Shown in pieces: positions 29,725 through 40,159 of a stretch of 64,000 nucleotides of DNA; the stretch's first letter is position 1; every line of letters starts with the position of its first letter. Both the position numbers and the translations under genes were made by a program. The stretch spans positions 8,793 through 72,792 of the IMG/VR virus record IMGVR_UViG_3300007346_000025; one strand, given 5' to 3'. The notes beneath the pieces are model-generated. The model was not told the DNA's origin. It saw only the letters and a program-made list of their open reading frames with translations, and searched no databases. This DNA is from a virus.

Positions 29725-30136
29725 ATGTAGTAGTTGTTGTTTGCTCTATTAAGTTTTTAATTGACCTTCTACCTTTTTCTCCTATTGGAATAGGATTTCC
29801 CTCTTCATCTATATGTACAAATGTAATATTTGTTTTTAAAACTAGAGACTGAACTCCAGTATAAACATTGTGTGCCCTTGCTTCCATATAAAGCATGACA
29901 GAAGTATTACCTACTTTACTAGGTTTACCATATATTTTAAGTAACTGACTCTCTCTTGCAGGTTTTTCAAAGTTACATTTATCAATACTTACTGTGACCA
30001 TTCTAGGTGTATCACATAACTGCATAGCATAACCTGCAGCAGCTGCATCAATCCATGCTAATAATTTACCTCCAAAGAGATTACCGTGGAAGCCAAGATC
30101 TGACTTCTTAATGGGATGAGAATTTAAGAATTCCAT
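29723..30136 (-). CDS. hotdog-fold acyl-CoA thioesterase (YciA-like)
   Basis: HGNLFGGKLLAWID...VTVSID..F..P...VGNTS motifs. Confidence 0.85.
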   Translation of the reverse strand: MEFLNSHPIKKSDLGFHGNLFGGKLLAWIDAAAAGYAMQLCDTPRMVTVSIDKCNFEKPARESQLLKIYGKPSKVGNTSVMLYMEARAHNVYTGVQSLVLKTNITFVHIDEEGNPIPIGEKGRRSIKNLIEQTTTTT

Positions 30137-30741
30137 TGATTAAAAAAGAATATTTGAAACAGTCTTCCTGTTTCTCTGTTGTGACCAAAGTAATCATTAC
30201 CTGAGTGGATTAAACCACCATCAAAAATAACTAGTCTATTGAATACATTACCTACTGTATCCTGTCTCTCAAATGGAGTGGGATCTAGAAATGTATCTTT
30301 AGAAAATGCATTACCATTCTCACCCACTGACCAATCTATCTGAGAATTATGAAACACTTTTGATTTCTTATTTCTGTAGAAACTAGTCCCTGATTGAGGT
30401 GGAGCATCTGGAGTTAGATATATAACAGCAGCCCATTGTTGTGCATCACAGTGGAATACTTGTGGTACACCACCAATGCAACTCTGATATCTACCGTTAA
30501 TACCTACATCATACCATCCATAACCATCATCTGTATGGTCTGCAATCTTTATCTGCATAATCTCTTCAAATCTTTCCTTAAGACCTTCAAATAAAAACTG
30601 CTGACGGGTTCTTTCACCCACAGCCCCTTCTCCTGGAAAGTATGTCTGAGCTAATGCATGTTCTCTTACAGCCATAGGATCTTCATAGAAGTCATCTACT
30701 ACAAAGAATCTCTTACTTTGGTTTGGATTAATATTAAACAT
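30124..30741 (-). CDS. 2OG-Fe(II) oxygenase-like protein (DUF6445-like)
   Basis: VVDDFYEDP, HCD, AAVIYL, GTSFY, NRLVIFD...H, RLFQIFF give the HxD...H...R pattern. Confidence 0.8.
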   Translation of the reverse strand: MFNINPNQSKRFFVVDDFYEDPMAVREHALAQTYFPGEGAVGERTRQQFLFEGLKERFEEIMQIKIADHTDDGYGWYDVGINGRYQSCIGGVPQVFHCDAQQWAAVIYLTPDAPPQSGTSFYRNKKSKVFHNSQIDWSVGENGNAFSKDTFLDPTPFERQDTVGNVFNRLVIFDGGLIHSGNDYFGHNRETGRLFQIFFFNQWNS

Positions 30742-30743
30742 AA

Positions 30744-31130
30744 CTATTTGATTTCTATAAATTTACTAAGATCTGGTCTAAAATAACCAGGTCCCTTCAA
30801 AATTTTTCCATCTTCACGAAGAATGGGTTTACCATCTTCTCCTAACTTACTCATATTACTTGCTTGTATCTCATTAAATACATCTTCTATAACATGTTGC
30901 ATACCATGTTTAAGGATTGTACCACATAGAATATATAACTGATCACCAAGTGCATCAGCTATTTCTACTAATGAGTTCTTATGACATGCTTCTAGATATT
31001 CATCATTCTCTTCTTTCATTAAAGAGTGTCTGAGATTAAATTCATGTTCTTCTAATGGTCTTGGGTACTTACCATTCTCTTGCCCAAAGGCATTGTGGAA
31101 TGTTTCCACAGCTTTCAATTGTTCTCTCAT
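30744..31130 (-). CDS. MazG-like NTP pyrophosphohydrolase
   Basis: EENDEY, EIADALGD, SNMSK, GKILKG. Start reassigned to MREQL (31130) because a separate ORF occupies 31132-31305. Confidence 0.85.
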   Translation of the reverse strand: MREQLKAVETFHNAFGQENGKYPRPLEEHEFNLRHSLMKEENDEYLEACHKNSLVEIADALGDQLYILCGTILKHGMQHVIEDVFNEIQASNMSKLGEDGKPILREDGKILKGPGYFRPDLSKFIEIK

Positions 31131-31131
31131 A

Positions 31132-31305
31132 CTAACTTCCACAATATAAACATCCATCATCATCATCTAATTCTGGATTAGATTCAATCTTAGGATTAAG
31201 TTGTTTCTTAAGTTCATAAATCTGCTGCATAAGCTCTAAGTCCTGGAACATATCACCAGACAGCTTTGCTTTTAATTGTTCTATTTGTTCTTCTAGAGTT
31301 GCCAT
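31132..31305 (-). CDS. 57-aa protein ending DDDDGCLYCGS (not in ORF track)
   Basis: Manual translation MATLEEQIEQLKAKLSGDMFQDLELMQQIYELKKQLNPKIESNPELDDDDGCLYCGS. TAACTTTG lies just upstream. Confidence 0.75.
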   Translation of the reverse strand: MATLEEQIEQLKAKLSGDMFQDLELMQQIYELKKQLNPKIESNPELDDDDGCLYCGS

Positions 31306-31309
31306 AAAA

Positions 31310-31317
31310 CAAAGTTA
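31310..31317 (-). promoter_or_regulatory. Bacteroidota sigma70 -7 element TAACTTTG
   Basis: Exact TAnnTTTG match 4 nt before the ATG at 31305. Confidence 0.6.
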
Positions 31318-31357
31318 AAAAAAAAGGGGATGACTAAAAAGCCACCCCCCTCTCTTT
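31318..31357 (-). terminator. intrinsic terminator
   Basis: G/C-rich imperfect hairpin followed by a T-tract on the - strand, downstream of ORF 31389-32609. Confidence 0.55.
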
Positions 31358-31388
31358 TGTGTATTATTGTTTACCCTTTTACAGGATC

Positions 31389-32609
31389 TTAGAAGAATGC
31401 TGCATCATCATCCTCATCATCTGAGAAATTAAATGCAAAATCATCTTCCATTTCTTTCTCAAATTGTGTATGATTTTCTGGAGTAGGCTCTAAAGATGCA
31501 CTATGTGCATTTTCTCCTGTCCATTCTTGATCTTCAGCAATTTGAAATTCTTCTTTTTCTTGTTCTACATTCTCACTGATATCATCCATCCAGTCTTCAT
31601 CCTCTGGGTCACTGTTGTGAACTTCAGGAATAACAGGAACTTCAAATGTGTTTCCAACTGGATCTGTATAGATAACTGTTTCTTCTATAGCTTCACTAGC
31701 ACTTTCTTCAATTTCAAGGTCCTCAAGGATCTCAAGGTTCTCAAGGTCTGTTTTTGGTTCTAATTCTAATGAAGTTTCCTCAGCTTCTGTTCTCTCAATT
31801 TCAGTCAAAATATTAAGCTGATTTTCTGGTTGACCATAATTTTCAGTTAATGGATCTACCTCAGCTTCTATAACTGGTTGTGGTACTGAAGCTGCAGAAA
31901 AGTTATTAACACTTGATATAAAGTAATGTAATACTCTCTGGTCTTCCATCCAAGTTTTAGGATGTGAAGCCTGGAGTGCTGTAGTTACATAATTATAAAA
32001 AGCCCATAGACTACTTGAGTCTTCAAATACATGTGAAGGTTTACTCATTTCAGATCTTACCATACTAGCCTGCTCAGTAGATAGAATCTGGTATTCAGCA
32101 AATAAGATACCAAGAAGTTGAGCTTGTTTTCTCTTGTTCATCTTGATCTCTTTCATTGCATCTTTATCAGACTTTAACTGATCATAATACATCTGAGCAT
32201 CTTTAAGTTGATCTTTAATTGTTGCTATCGTTTCTTCATCTGCTGTACCAGTATGTTTTCTGGACCAGCTTCCCATATCTCCGTGTACCATGAATGTACC
32301 CGCTTGGTTTACATAAGCACCAACCCCGCATTTAAATCTTACTTGCTTGTTGTAACTATTAGTCCAAGCAAACATCATAGATAACTCAGGGTCAGAATTA
32401 TATTGTAGCACATGGATACCATGTGCAATTTGTCCATCAGCAGTTGCTCTGTATGTTTCAGAGACTACTTTAAAACCTGCATTAGCAAGTTCTGTATATA
32501 CATAATCAATAACAGATTGATGACTAATTACTGTGTAAGTGTCACCATGTGTTGGTAAATCCACAGATACTAACTGTGCTTTTGTCCATTCCGTGATTTT
32601 CTTTGGCAT
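31389..32609 (-). CDS. DUF932/DUF945-like protein with long acidic tail
   Basis: TYTVISH, NSYNKQ..F..G, SRKHTG, SLWAFYNYVT..L motifs. Confidence 0.65.
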   Translation of the reverse strand: MPKKITEWTKAQLVSVDLPTHGDTYTVISHQSVIDYVYTELANAGFKVVSETYRATADGQIAHGIHVLQYNSDPELSMMFAWTNSYNKQVRFKCGVGAYVNQAGTFMVHGDMGSWSRKHTGTADEETIATIKDQLKDAQMYYDQLKSDKDAMKEIKMNKRKQAQLLGILFAEYQILSTEQASMVRSEMSKPSHVFEDSSSLWAFYNYVTTALQASHPKTWMEDQRVLHYFISSVNNFSAASVPQPVIEAEVDPLTENYGQPENQLNILTEIERTEAEETSLELEPKTDLENLEILEDLEIEESASEAIEETVIYTDPVGNTFEVPVIPEVHNSDPEDEDWMDDISENVEQEKEEFQIAEDQEWTGENAHSASLEPTPENHTQFEKEMEDDFAFNFSDDEDDDAAFF

Positions 32610-32610
32610 T

Positions 32611-34509
32611 TTAAAATAAACTTAGTTGGTTATTAATAGGTTCTAAAGACCTTATTTCTTTATAGATATTCTCCAAATAGTATTTGAAGTTAATATCATA
32701 TTCAGAAAAGTCTTTCTCTTCATAGTCAATCATAACAGTTTGCATCCATTTCCCGGCTTCTATCTGAATTTGTCTTCCATCAGAATTATTTTCTTTAATA
32801 ATTTTAGAACCAGAATTAGATACAAAATATCTTATAGTATGTTGTAAAGGAGTAACTGAATGTTCCCCATCAACAATAGCATGTTGATAGAAACTCCAAT
32901 CACCTTTAATCTTTACACCACCACAATAATCAAATATGTTTTGGTTTTGAGCTAGATAACTTTCAGGCTCAATACCATCTACAAAATAAGCATGTATTGC
33001 TTTAGGAATAATTAAGAAACTTTTGTTCTTATGTAGGGCCAGGTTATCATATTCAAACCTACCCTTGCATTTAGACTTACCATCTTCTGTAATAGCAATA
33101 TAATTATTTACATCACCCAGAATGATCTTGCTATACTTATCATGCTCTAATTGAAGACTTGTAATATCTTCCCATCTCTTGCAGATATCCATATACTTAT
33201 CTACATATTCTCTTGGGATCATTGTCTCAAGACCATCTGTATTTTGCATTAGTGGAATTGCATTAGGAATCTCTTCACAAATCATCTCATACAACATAGA
33301 TAAACTTAGCTGACCATTAATAGTAATCCTCATAGTAAATTCAGGATCATACAAGAAACTATTCTCATCATTACTCAAACCATAGGTTGAATTAAGAATA
33401 ATCTTATATACATAATTCTTGGGGTCTTTCTTAGGAATCTTCTTTCTCTCTTCAAAGAACCACTCATACAAGTCACAGAATTCTTCTTGTGGTAAATGTG
33501 CTGGAGCCCACTTATTTCTAATAGCTAAGTTAGGATAGAAACTAGTAACATCAGATGTCATAATTACCATATCATCATTAGCTTCATAGACCTTAGTAGA
33601 TCTAGCACCATGAATACCACCAAGACCATAGTCAGTCTTAACTCCCTTATACTGTACTGAATATTTAAAACCTCCTTTAGTCTCTCCAGGATAGATAACT
33701 ACTTCCTGGAACTTCTTTAGAAGATTTTGAAATGTTGCAGTTTTAAATTCAATATAAGGTAGAATAATATCTTTGACTGTAATCCTAGCTCTATGTGTCC
33801 GTGCTTGTCTGAGATCCCATTTCTTTACCTCAAGTTTCTGACTCAAGAAATGTAAGAATAACTCTTTAGAAATTCTTGGTTCAGATGCAGAATAGAGATT
33901 AATACCATACTCTGCTGTCAAGTTTCTTCTAAGATTAATCTGCTCTTTGCTGAGCTGCATAATCTGTTTAGTAGACTTAACATCATTAATACAATATTTA
34001 ATAATCTCAGGAATCTGTTCTACTGTAATATGTTCAGTGTGACGGATTGGCATGTCAATAATATTTTTCCAATCCATTGTATACTGAATCCATTTGAGTG
34101 AACTCTTCTTAGCATTATTATCCCAGTGGTTTAGTTTGAATACATCTACCTGGTTAATTTGTAGATCTCTTGGACTAAACTCTAAGAACTCTCCTGAATT
34201 ATGTTTCTCAATTACATTCTGTGCTTTACCATAAATCCATTTAGCAATTGTCTCTCCTGTGTTATGAATAACAGAGTCTTTGTTTCTTAGGATATACTCA
34301 GTAATCTGACTGTCAAACCCAAGACCATTAAAACTAACATGCCATTCTTCAGAACTAATATTCTCTTGGAGAAACTCTACTAGTTCTAGGATATCATTCT
34401 GGCTCTCATGAACCACAAAGATCTTCTGCTCTTCAGAATTTACAGCTTCAAATACTGCTATGAAACAATTACTAAGAGTTTCATAGTCCATTACCCAATG
34501 TGTTCTCAT
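32611..34509 (-). CDS. polB: family B DNA polymerase
   Basis: Exo I DYE, FNG..FD, YC.ND; polymerase motifs SDVTSFYP, KIILNSTYG, NTDG; KCKG. Confidence 0.92.
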   Translation of the reverse strand: MRTHWVMDYETLSNCFIAVFEAVNSEEQKIFVVHESQNDILELVEFLQENISSEEWHVSFNGLGFDSQITEYILRNKDSVIHNTGETIAKWIYGKAQNVIEKHNSGEFLEFSPRDLQINQVDVFKLNHWDNNAKKSSLKWIQYTMDWKNIIDMPIRHTEHITVEQIPEIIKYCINDVKSTKQIMQLSKEQINLRRNLTAEYGINLYSASEPRISKELFLHFLSQKLEVKKWDLRQARTHRARITVKDIILPYIEFKTATFQNLLKKFQEVVIYPGETKGGFKYSVQYKGVKTDYGLGGIHGARSTKVYEANDDMVIMTSDVTSFYPNLAIRNKWAPAHLPQEEFCDLYEWFFEERKKIPKKDPKNYVYKIILNSTYGLSNDENSFLYDPEFTMRITINGQLSLSMLYEMICEEIPNAIPLMQNTDGLETMIPREYVDKYMDICKRWEDITSLQLEHDKYSKIILGDVNNYIAITEDGKSKCKGRFEYDNLALHKNKSFLIIPKAIHAYFVDGIEPESYLAQNQNIFDYCGGVKIKGDWSFYQHAIVDGEHSVTPLQHTIRYFVSNSGSKIIKENNSDGRQIQIEAGKWMQTVMIDYEEKDFSEYDINFKYYLENIYKEIRSLEPINNQLSLF

Positions 34510-34600
34510 AAGCTTTATGTTCAGTTAAGCTGTTCCCCCTTCTATCCACAAAAAAAGGCAGCTATTGCTACCCTTTTCTGCTGTTAACCTTTAACATCAA

Positions 34601-34942
34601 TTATGAATTGATAATGCTAAGATAATCAAAATCTGGATTAACTGCAATAAGATTAATAAATTCTTTAATAGAATCTACATTGCTGATATAATATTCTTGA
34701 AATACTTCAAGCTTATGTCTATCTTGTTTCATTCCTTTAGTACCTGTAATAGCTTGACCATACTCATCAAGTTTAGGAAGCATCTGTAATGTATTTCTCT
34801 TTGTTTTAGAAATTACTACAAATACTTTGCTCTCTGGGTCAAAGATACATTCTACATAGGGACAATTTGCCGTCATTGGGATTGTTCTAAAGCTTGGTTT
34901 ACCATTCCATTCTGAGGCAACAAGCATCATATTTTTTTCCAT
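34601..34942 (-). CDS. hypothetical protein
   Basis: 113 aa, co-oriented and tightly packed in the replication block. Confidence 0.7.
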   Translation of the reverse strand: MEKNMMLVASEWNGKPSFRTIPMTANCPYVECIFDPESKVFVVISKTKRNTLQMLPKLDEYGQAITGTKGMKQDRHKLEVFQEYYISNVDSIKEFINLIAVNPDFDYLSIINS

Positions 34943-34963
34943 ACTGGTTTATTTTTACACAAA

Positions 34964-35530
34964 TTAACTTATAATCTTTAAATTTTCCAAATTAGCTACT
35001 TCAATTAATAAAATTTCTTTTTCCATATTTGGTTTACTACATAACTCACCAACTGACTCAAGCATATTAATTGGTACATCTAGTAGTTCAGCATATTTTA
35101 TAAAATATTTTTCAGGAAAAAGATAACTTTCAATATAAAAATAGTTTCCACTATTTTTTGCAAAGTATGTTAAAATTTTATTTTTTCTTTCTAAATTAAT
35201 TTTACTATATTTTCCATTTATAAAATGGAACCAATCTTGTTCTAAATCAGAAAAATCAAAAGTAAATACAGCTGTTTCATCATCTACAATAATATAATCA
35301 CAGAGTCTTGTATGCTTTAATAAAATATTTTTTTCAAATTGTCTATATTCAGCATCTGTTCTTATTTTGTAAACACAAATTAGCTTCATATCCTCAGGAG
35401 TATAAGATGTTCCCCAACCCAAATAGGTTTCTTGAGGAACAGTGCTTACCCCCCTTTTAATATCCAAGAGCGGATATAAAAATATCTTGGACTTTTGAAA
35501 ATATTTCTTATAAATCCCAGTTATTGCCAT
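34964..35530 (-). CDS. hypothetical protein
   Basis: 188 aa, abuts the nuclease gene. Confidence 0.7.
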   Translation of the reverse strand: MAITGIYKKYFQKSKIFLYPLLDIKRGVSTVPQETYLGWGTSYTPEDMKLICVYKIRTDAEYRQFEKNILLKHTRLCDYIIVDDETAVFTFDFSDLEQDWFHFINGKYSKINLERKNKILTYFAKNSGNYFYIESYLFPEKYFIKYAELLDVPINMLESVGELCSKPNMEKEILLIEVANLENLKIIS

Positions 35531-35532
35531 AA

Positions 35533-36552
35533 TTATAGTGTTACATTACCTAAAGCTAATTGATACGGTAAACTATATTCTTTGTTTTCATAGTGGTATC
35601 TTAATACATCTTCTATTTCATCAAATCTAGCTAACCACATCTCCATTGTTTCCATGCTAACTTGGTAAGGATACACTTGATTATACTTGTCAATTACAAT
35701 GAATGTTACCATTATGTTCCATTCTGCTGAATCTTCAAGCTCTCTCAAGAACTCATACCAAGCCATTTTATAGTATATAGACGCTTGAATCCAGTACTTG
35801 TAATACTCTACAGACTCAGGAAAAGATGCAATATCTTTACCTGTTGTCTTTAAGTCATTGATAAACAAGGTCTTAGATGCATAATCTATAACTACATTAT
35901 CTAGAATACCTTTAAAACCATATGGTAAATAATCCAAATCAACCTTGATTTCATGCTCACTAAATGTTTTAATGTGCTTGTCATCATCTGACTTATCTAG
36001 TTGTAAAAGTGTTCTAACTGCTTGATTGGACTTTAGTTCAATAACTGATTCTCTGCAGCCATTCAGAGTAACTTCATCTACTACAGTCTTATCAAGACTT
36101 TCTTTGAGAAAATTAAAATAATTTTTGTTTTCTTCCGTTAGTACTTTATCTAATCTTTGTTGATCAGTTTTAAGACTTTGGTAAAGATTTGCTGTGAGTA
36201 GTTGTGTAAGTATCTCTTGTAAGTAGTCTTCCAAAGATAAAGAATCATTTCCAACTGTACAATGATATTTGAAAATATTATCAATAATTTTTCTTTGGCT
36301 ATCAGTTGGGAACTTACCCTGCATACTGATAAAATACTTGTCATAGTTCTCAGGTTCAAATAAAAGACAGTGTAAGACACGACCTGCTACCAGGTGCGTG
36401 TCTGTACTGTCTTCTCTTTGGTTGAGCACATAATGACTGTAAAACATTCTAGGTGAGAACAACAGCTTATTAATGCTACTGTAACTAAAATAGAATTTGT
36501 TTTTATAAAATAGTTCTAGTTCATCAGAACCAGTCAATGTCGGTAGACTCAT
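35533..36552 (-). CDS. PD-(D/E)XK exonuclease (RecE/ExoVIII-like)
   Basis: SYSS, G...HC, KGILD, INDLKTT, YWIQASIY. Confidence 0.85.
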   Translation of the reverse strand: MSLPTLTGSDELELFYKNKFYFSYSSINKLLFSPRMFYSHYVLNQREDSTDTHLVAGRVLHCLLFEPENYDKYFISMQGKFPTDSQRKIIDNIFKYHCTVGNDSLSLEDYLQEILTQLLTANLYQSLKTDQQRLDKVLTEENKNYFNFLKESLDKTVVDEVTLNGCRESVIELKSNQAVRTLLQLDKSDDDKHIKTFSEHEIKVDLDYLPYGFKGILDNVVIDYASKTLFINDLKTTGKDIASFPESVEYYKYWIQASIYYKMAWYEFLRELEDSAEWNIMVTFIVIDKYNQVYPYQVSMETMEMWLARFDEIEDVLRYHYENKEYSLPYQLALGNVTL

Positions 36553-37765
36553 TTGTTTCTATTTGATGGTTATTTGATACAAGTTCTGGCTCAGTTTCTA
36601 CTACAGATTCAACTGTTTCTGGCTCAATGTTGAGCTCTATTACTGCAGGAGGATCTGGTAACATCTCTTTTTCTTCAGATTCAATTTCTTTTTCTGGAAG
36701 AACATTTAGTTCAGTTACAGTAATAGCTTGATTATTTTCATCATACTCTACAATACCGGAATATGGTTCATTTATAGCAGTTTCAACTGCAGGTGTAGGA
36801 ACAAACTCTCTTACATTAAAAGTTTTACTCCAATAAATATTTCTAATAAACCAATCTATTCTCTCTTGAAGTAGAATATGTGTCCAATCTCTAGTAAGTA
36901 AACTAAGATCTATAAGCTTGCTAGCAACTCTATCTGGATCTAGATTTCCAATTTCTTTAACTGCCATATTAAAATAACTTACCATAGACTTAAAATTTAC
37001 ATGGTTTCTAGTATTGCAGGATGAGATTTTATGTTCAAATCCTTCAAGAAGTAGTAGAAGATACAAGGCACTATCTACATAATTAGAATTTGCCATAATC
37101 TCCATAGCCATGATATGATTATCCTGGTCAGAACTCTCAAACATCTTAACTAGTTGTTGATATACCTCAGCTGTAATAGTAACAGCATCATCACCATTAA
37201 TTAGAGCAAGTAACTCTGATTCATCAAAAATTGGTTTGTTCTGAATACTATCAAGCATACTTCTATATTCATCTTCAACAAAATAAACACCAGAAGAATA
37301 TTGTTCAGATATTTTAAATCCTGAACTAAGCATATGACTTTTTGTACTATACTCAAGGTATATTACATCTGGATTACATGCATCTACAGCGGTCTTATAC
37401 TTATCTGTATAGTACATATCAAGTCCCTTATCGGTCTTTAACCACTCTACATATTTAGTAAACTCTTCAGTTTCAGCATTGTGCAACCAACGGTAACCTG
37501 TAATCTTATTTAAAGTTGCTTTACCTGAAATAATAACATTAGCTCTTTCAGGATCTCTAACTATTTTTACTCCAAGATCTAATGCTAGATCTCTAAGTTT
37601 AACCCTAGGAATATTAACTCCTGGCATTAAGTATATACTATCTCCTTGTGCGGGAACATATCCCTTATCTACTGTATAAATATCACTCCTATTCTTTGGT
37701 ATACCATACAATAGTTCTACATCTAATGTATCATCGTTTTTGTTACAAATTATAATTTGTTCCAT
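36524..37765 (-). CDS. hypothetical protein of the MoxR module, possibly BRCT-like
   Basis: 413 aa. IPRVKL...KIVRDPERANVII is BRCT-like; MFESSDQDNH motif; acidic tail. Confidence 0.6.
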   Translation of the reverse strand: MEQIIICNKNDDTLDVELLYGIPKNRSDIYTVDKGYVPAQGDSIYLMPGVNIPRVKLRDLALDLGVKIVRDPERANVIISGKATLNKITGYRWLHNAETEEFTKYVEWLKTDKGLDMYYTDKYKTAVDACNPDVIYLEYSTKSHMLSSGFKISEQYSSGVYFVEDEYRSMLDSIQNKPIFDESELLALINGDDAVTITAEVYQQLVKMFESSDQDNHIMAMEIMANSNYVDSALYLLLLLEGFEHKISSCNTRNHVNFKSMVSYFNMAVKEIGNLDPDRVASKLIDLSLLTRDWTHILLQERIDWFIRNIYWSKTFNVREFVPTPAVETAINEPYSGIVEYDENNQAITVTELNVLPEKEIESEEKEMLPDPPAVIELNIEPETVESVVETEPELVSNNHQIETNESTDIDWF

Positions 37766-37804
37766 AATATAAAAATATAGGGGGCTGCTACACCCCCTGG
37801 TTAA

Positions 37805-38974
37805 TTATTGAATTGCCATCTTTACTACTGCAGTATCTGCCATTAATGCAGAGAACTTAACTTTGTTACCATTTACAATCTCCTTGACCATATAATATCT
37901 CAAGTCATTTGTAAATCCATCAAACTCAGTAGTAACTTTAGCCAATCTATCAATCATAGCTTTAGGAACTACTCCCTTATCAGCTACAGTAAGTGCATAG
38001 TTAATTACACGTGTTGCAATTACACTAGACAAATCTGCACGGAAATCATCTCCTTCACCAACTGAAGCTAACAAAGCACCTTTTACATATACTTCATCTT
38101 TAGTTAGTAAATCTTCCGGAGAAATCATCTTATCAAGCTTGTTATTGATAAACATAGTAAACATGCTAGAGAAATCTGCACCAACAGAACCCTCACCAAT
38201 CATCTGAACAAGAGGTAACTCATCTTCAAACTTTGGAATAGAACTGATAGCATTAAAGAAAGTAGTAATAGATCTTGGATTCACACGTTGTGTTACAAGT
38301 TCTGGATTCATCAACATAAAGTTGATACATCTACCATCAATACCTGCTTTCTCAGCCCACTTAGCCCATACATTGACATCATATTTCATCTCAACAGAAA
38401 TAAATCTGGTCTTCTGAGCTACGTCAAGACTAGTAACATTATAGTCACCATTGTCTGGATTAGTAGTCAAAATAACATGCCAGTTCTTTGGAAGTTTCCA
38501 AGAGACATATTCTTGTCTATCTAGAATCTCCATAGTAGCTTGCATAAATCTGTGGTCAGCACGAGTATAGTCATCCAAGATTAGGAAACCACCCTCACTT
38601 TTACCCTGAATCCATTCAGGAGCAGCATGAGCCATTCTCTTATCTACAACAGTATAACCTGCTTTAAGAGCACCATTTACTTGAGCTTCAGTAATCCATC
38701 TTTGTTTACCTTCTTGATTCTTTACAAGAAATTCTTTTACAGGAAAACCAACAAGGTCACCTAATTCTTCTATCTGAGATAGATTAAGTTTTACTACATC
38801 CATACCAAGTTCTTTACCCAACTGCAAGATTGCAGAAGTTTTACCAAGACCGGCATCACCTTCAATATTAATTGCAACAGGAACTTTTCCTTCTGCTTGT
38901 ATATGCTGATTATTCTTAACCATGTGACGGATGAAACCTTTCAACTCATCTACGTTCAATTGTACTGTGCTCAT
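37805..38974 (-). CDS. MoxR-like AAA+ ATPase
   Basis: Walker A GDAGLGKT, GDLVGFP, Walker B LILDD, LTTNP, LDVAQKTRF. Confidence 0.85.
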   Translation of the reverse strand: MSTVQLNVDELKGFIRHMVKNNQHIQAEGKVPVAINIEGDAGLGKTSAILQLGKELGMDVVKLNLSQIEELGDLVGFPVKEFLVKNQEGKQRWITEAQVNGALKAGYTVVDKRMAHAAPEWIQGKSEGGFLILDDYTRADHRFMQATMEILDRQEYVSWKLPKNWHVILTTNPDNGDYNVTSLDVAQKTRFISVEMKYDVNVWAKWAEKAGIDGRCINFMLMNPELVTQRVNPRSITTFFNAISSIPKFEDELPLVQMIGEGSVGADFSSMFTMFINNKLDKMISPEDLLTKDEVYVKGALLASVGEGDDFRADLSSVIATRVINYALTVADKGVVPKAMIDRLAKVTTEFDGFTNDLRYYMVKEIVNGNKVKFSALMADTAVVKMAIQ

Positions 38975-38977
38975 AAT

Positions 38978-40159
38978 TTATAATTCTAATTTTATTACTT
39001 GACCTGGTAATTCTTCATTCATGTCTGATCTCTCTGACAAAACCCACAGAACTCTGCTTCTTGGTTTTACAGATGTATAACACTCACCGTCAGTAAAATA
39101 CACCAGGCTAGTATATTTCTTAAGGTTTGCATTGTAATAGTCTAGGACGGGATCAAATTCAGTCCCACCTCTTCCATGTACTTTTAGATCATTTTTACCC
39201 TTATAAGGCTCAATAGACCGGATACTTGTATCACATTGTACTATAGTAATATCAACACCTGCTTTATGGATATGATGTATCTCATTCATAAACTCAGCAA
39301 GTTCATCATTACTTACAGATCCAGAAGTATCAATAGCCAATAACATATGTTGTTTCATCTTGATTTTAAGACCAGGATTCTCTTCATATCTACGGTTCTC
39401 TTTTCTTCTAATCTTCTTTGTAAAGATTTTAGTACTTGTGCCAGTGAATCTTCTAAGATATCCTTTCCAATCAAACTTGGGCTTGGTAAACTCTTCAACA
39501 ACAATAAGTCCTTCAATCTCACCAGGAACATTACCACGTTTCTTAATGGTCTGTTCTTTAGCATCACTTAGAATCTTTTGTACTTGTTTCTCAATGAGTT
39601 TCTTCTCAGCTTCAGAAAGATCATTAAACTCTTCCCATGTAGAATGATCTGGTATGTCTCCATTTGCTATATCATCAAGCAATTGGTCCATACCCTGATT
39701 ACCTGTACTACCTTTCTTTTCTTTCTCATCTTGAAGACGGAGAAGCTGGTCATAGTAATATCTACAACCAGCTTTTTTATCTAGATTGAGTTCTGCATAG
39801 TCATCAATATTGATACCTCCTTCTGGCAGCCAAGAGGCTTCAATATACTGATTAATCTCCATATCCATTGCAACATTTGCAAGTTTTTTGTTACTAAAAG
39901 AACCAAAACTTACAAGGTGTCCAAATGCAATATGAAGTAATTCATGTTTCAGTAAACCCATTTTATGATCATCACTTAGTCCAGTCCAGAATTCTTCATT
40001 AATGGCTAACTGATAATTAATATTGTGCTTACTTACACCTGCAGTAGGGAGATCTTTTCTCCATACTTTATTCAACATAATGAGAAAGAACCCATAATAG
40101 GGCTCTTTCAACATTAGTTCTTTACTTATTTTACTAAGGCTTTGTACTTTGTCCATCAT
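38978..40159 (-). CDS. DUF2201-type metallopeptidase-vWA protein
   Basis: HELLH, NVAMDMEIN; MIDAS DTSGS; GRGGTEF; YFTDG. Confidence 0.85.
   Translation of the reverse strand: MMDKVQSLSKISKELMLKEPYYGFFLIMLNKVWRKDLPTAGVSKHNINYQLAINEEFWTGLSDDHKMGLLKHELLHIAFGHLVSFGSFSNKKLANVAMDMEINQYIEASWLPEGGINIDDYAELNLDKKAGCRYYYDQLLRLQDEKEKKGSTGNQGMDQLLDDIANGDIPDHSTWEEFNDLSEAEKKLIEKQVQKILSDAKEQTIKKRGNVPGEIEGLIVVEEFTKPKFDWKGYLRRFTGTSTKIFTKKIRRKENRRYEENPGLKIKMKQHMLLAIDTSGSVSNDELAEFMNEIHHIHKAGVDITIVQCDTSIRSIEPYKGKNDLKVHGRGGTEFDPVLDYYNANLKKYTSLVYFTDGECYTSVKPRSRVLWVLSERSDMNEELPGQVIKLEL

Noticed and set aside
31131-31166. MMMMDV N-terminal extension of the MazG ORF
   Set aside because: It is an alternate-frame reading of the GAT repeat in the upstream DDDDGCLYCGS gene.
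32611-34509. Intron or intein in PolB or the vRNAP
   Set aside because: PolB motifs are contiguous in 632 aa, no intein-end or LAGLIDADG signature was seen, and the frames are unbroken.
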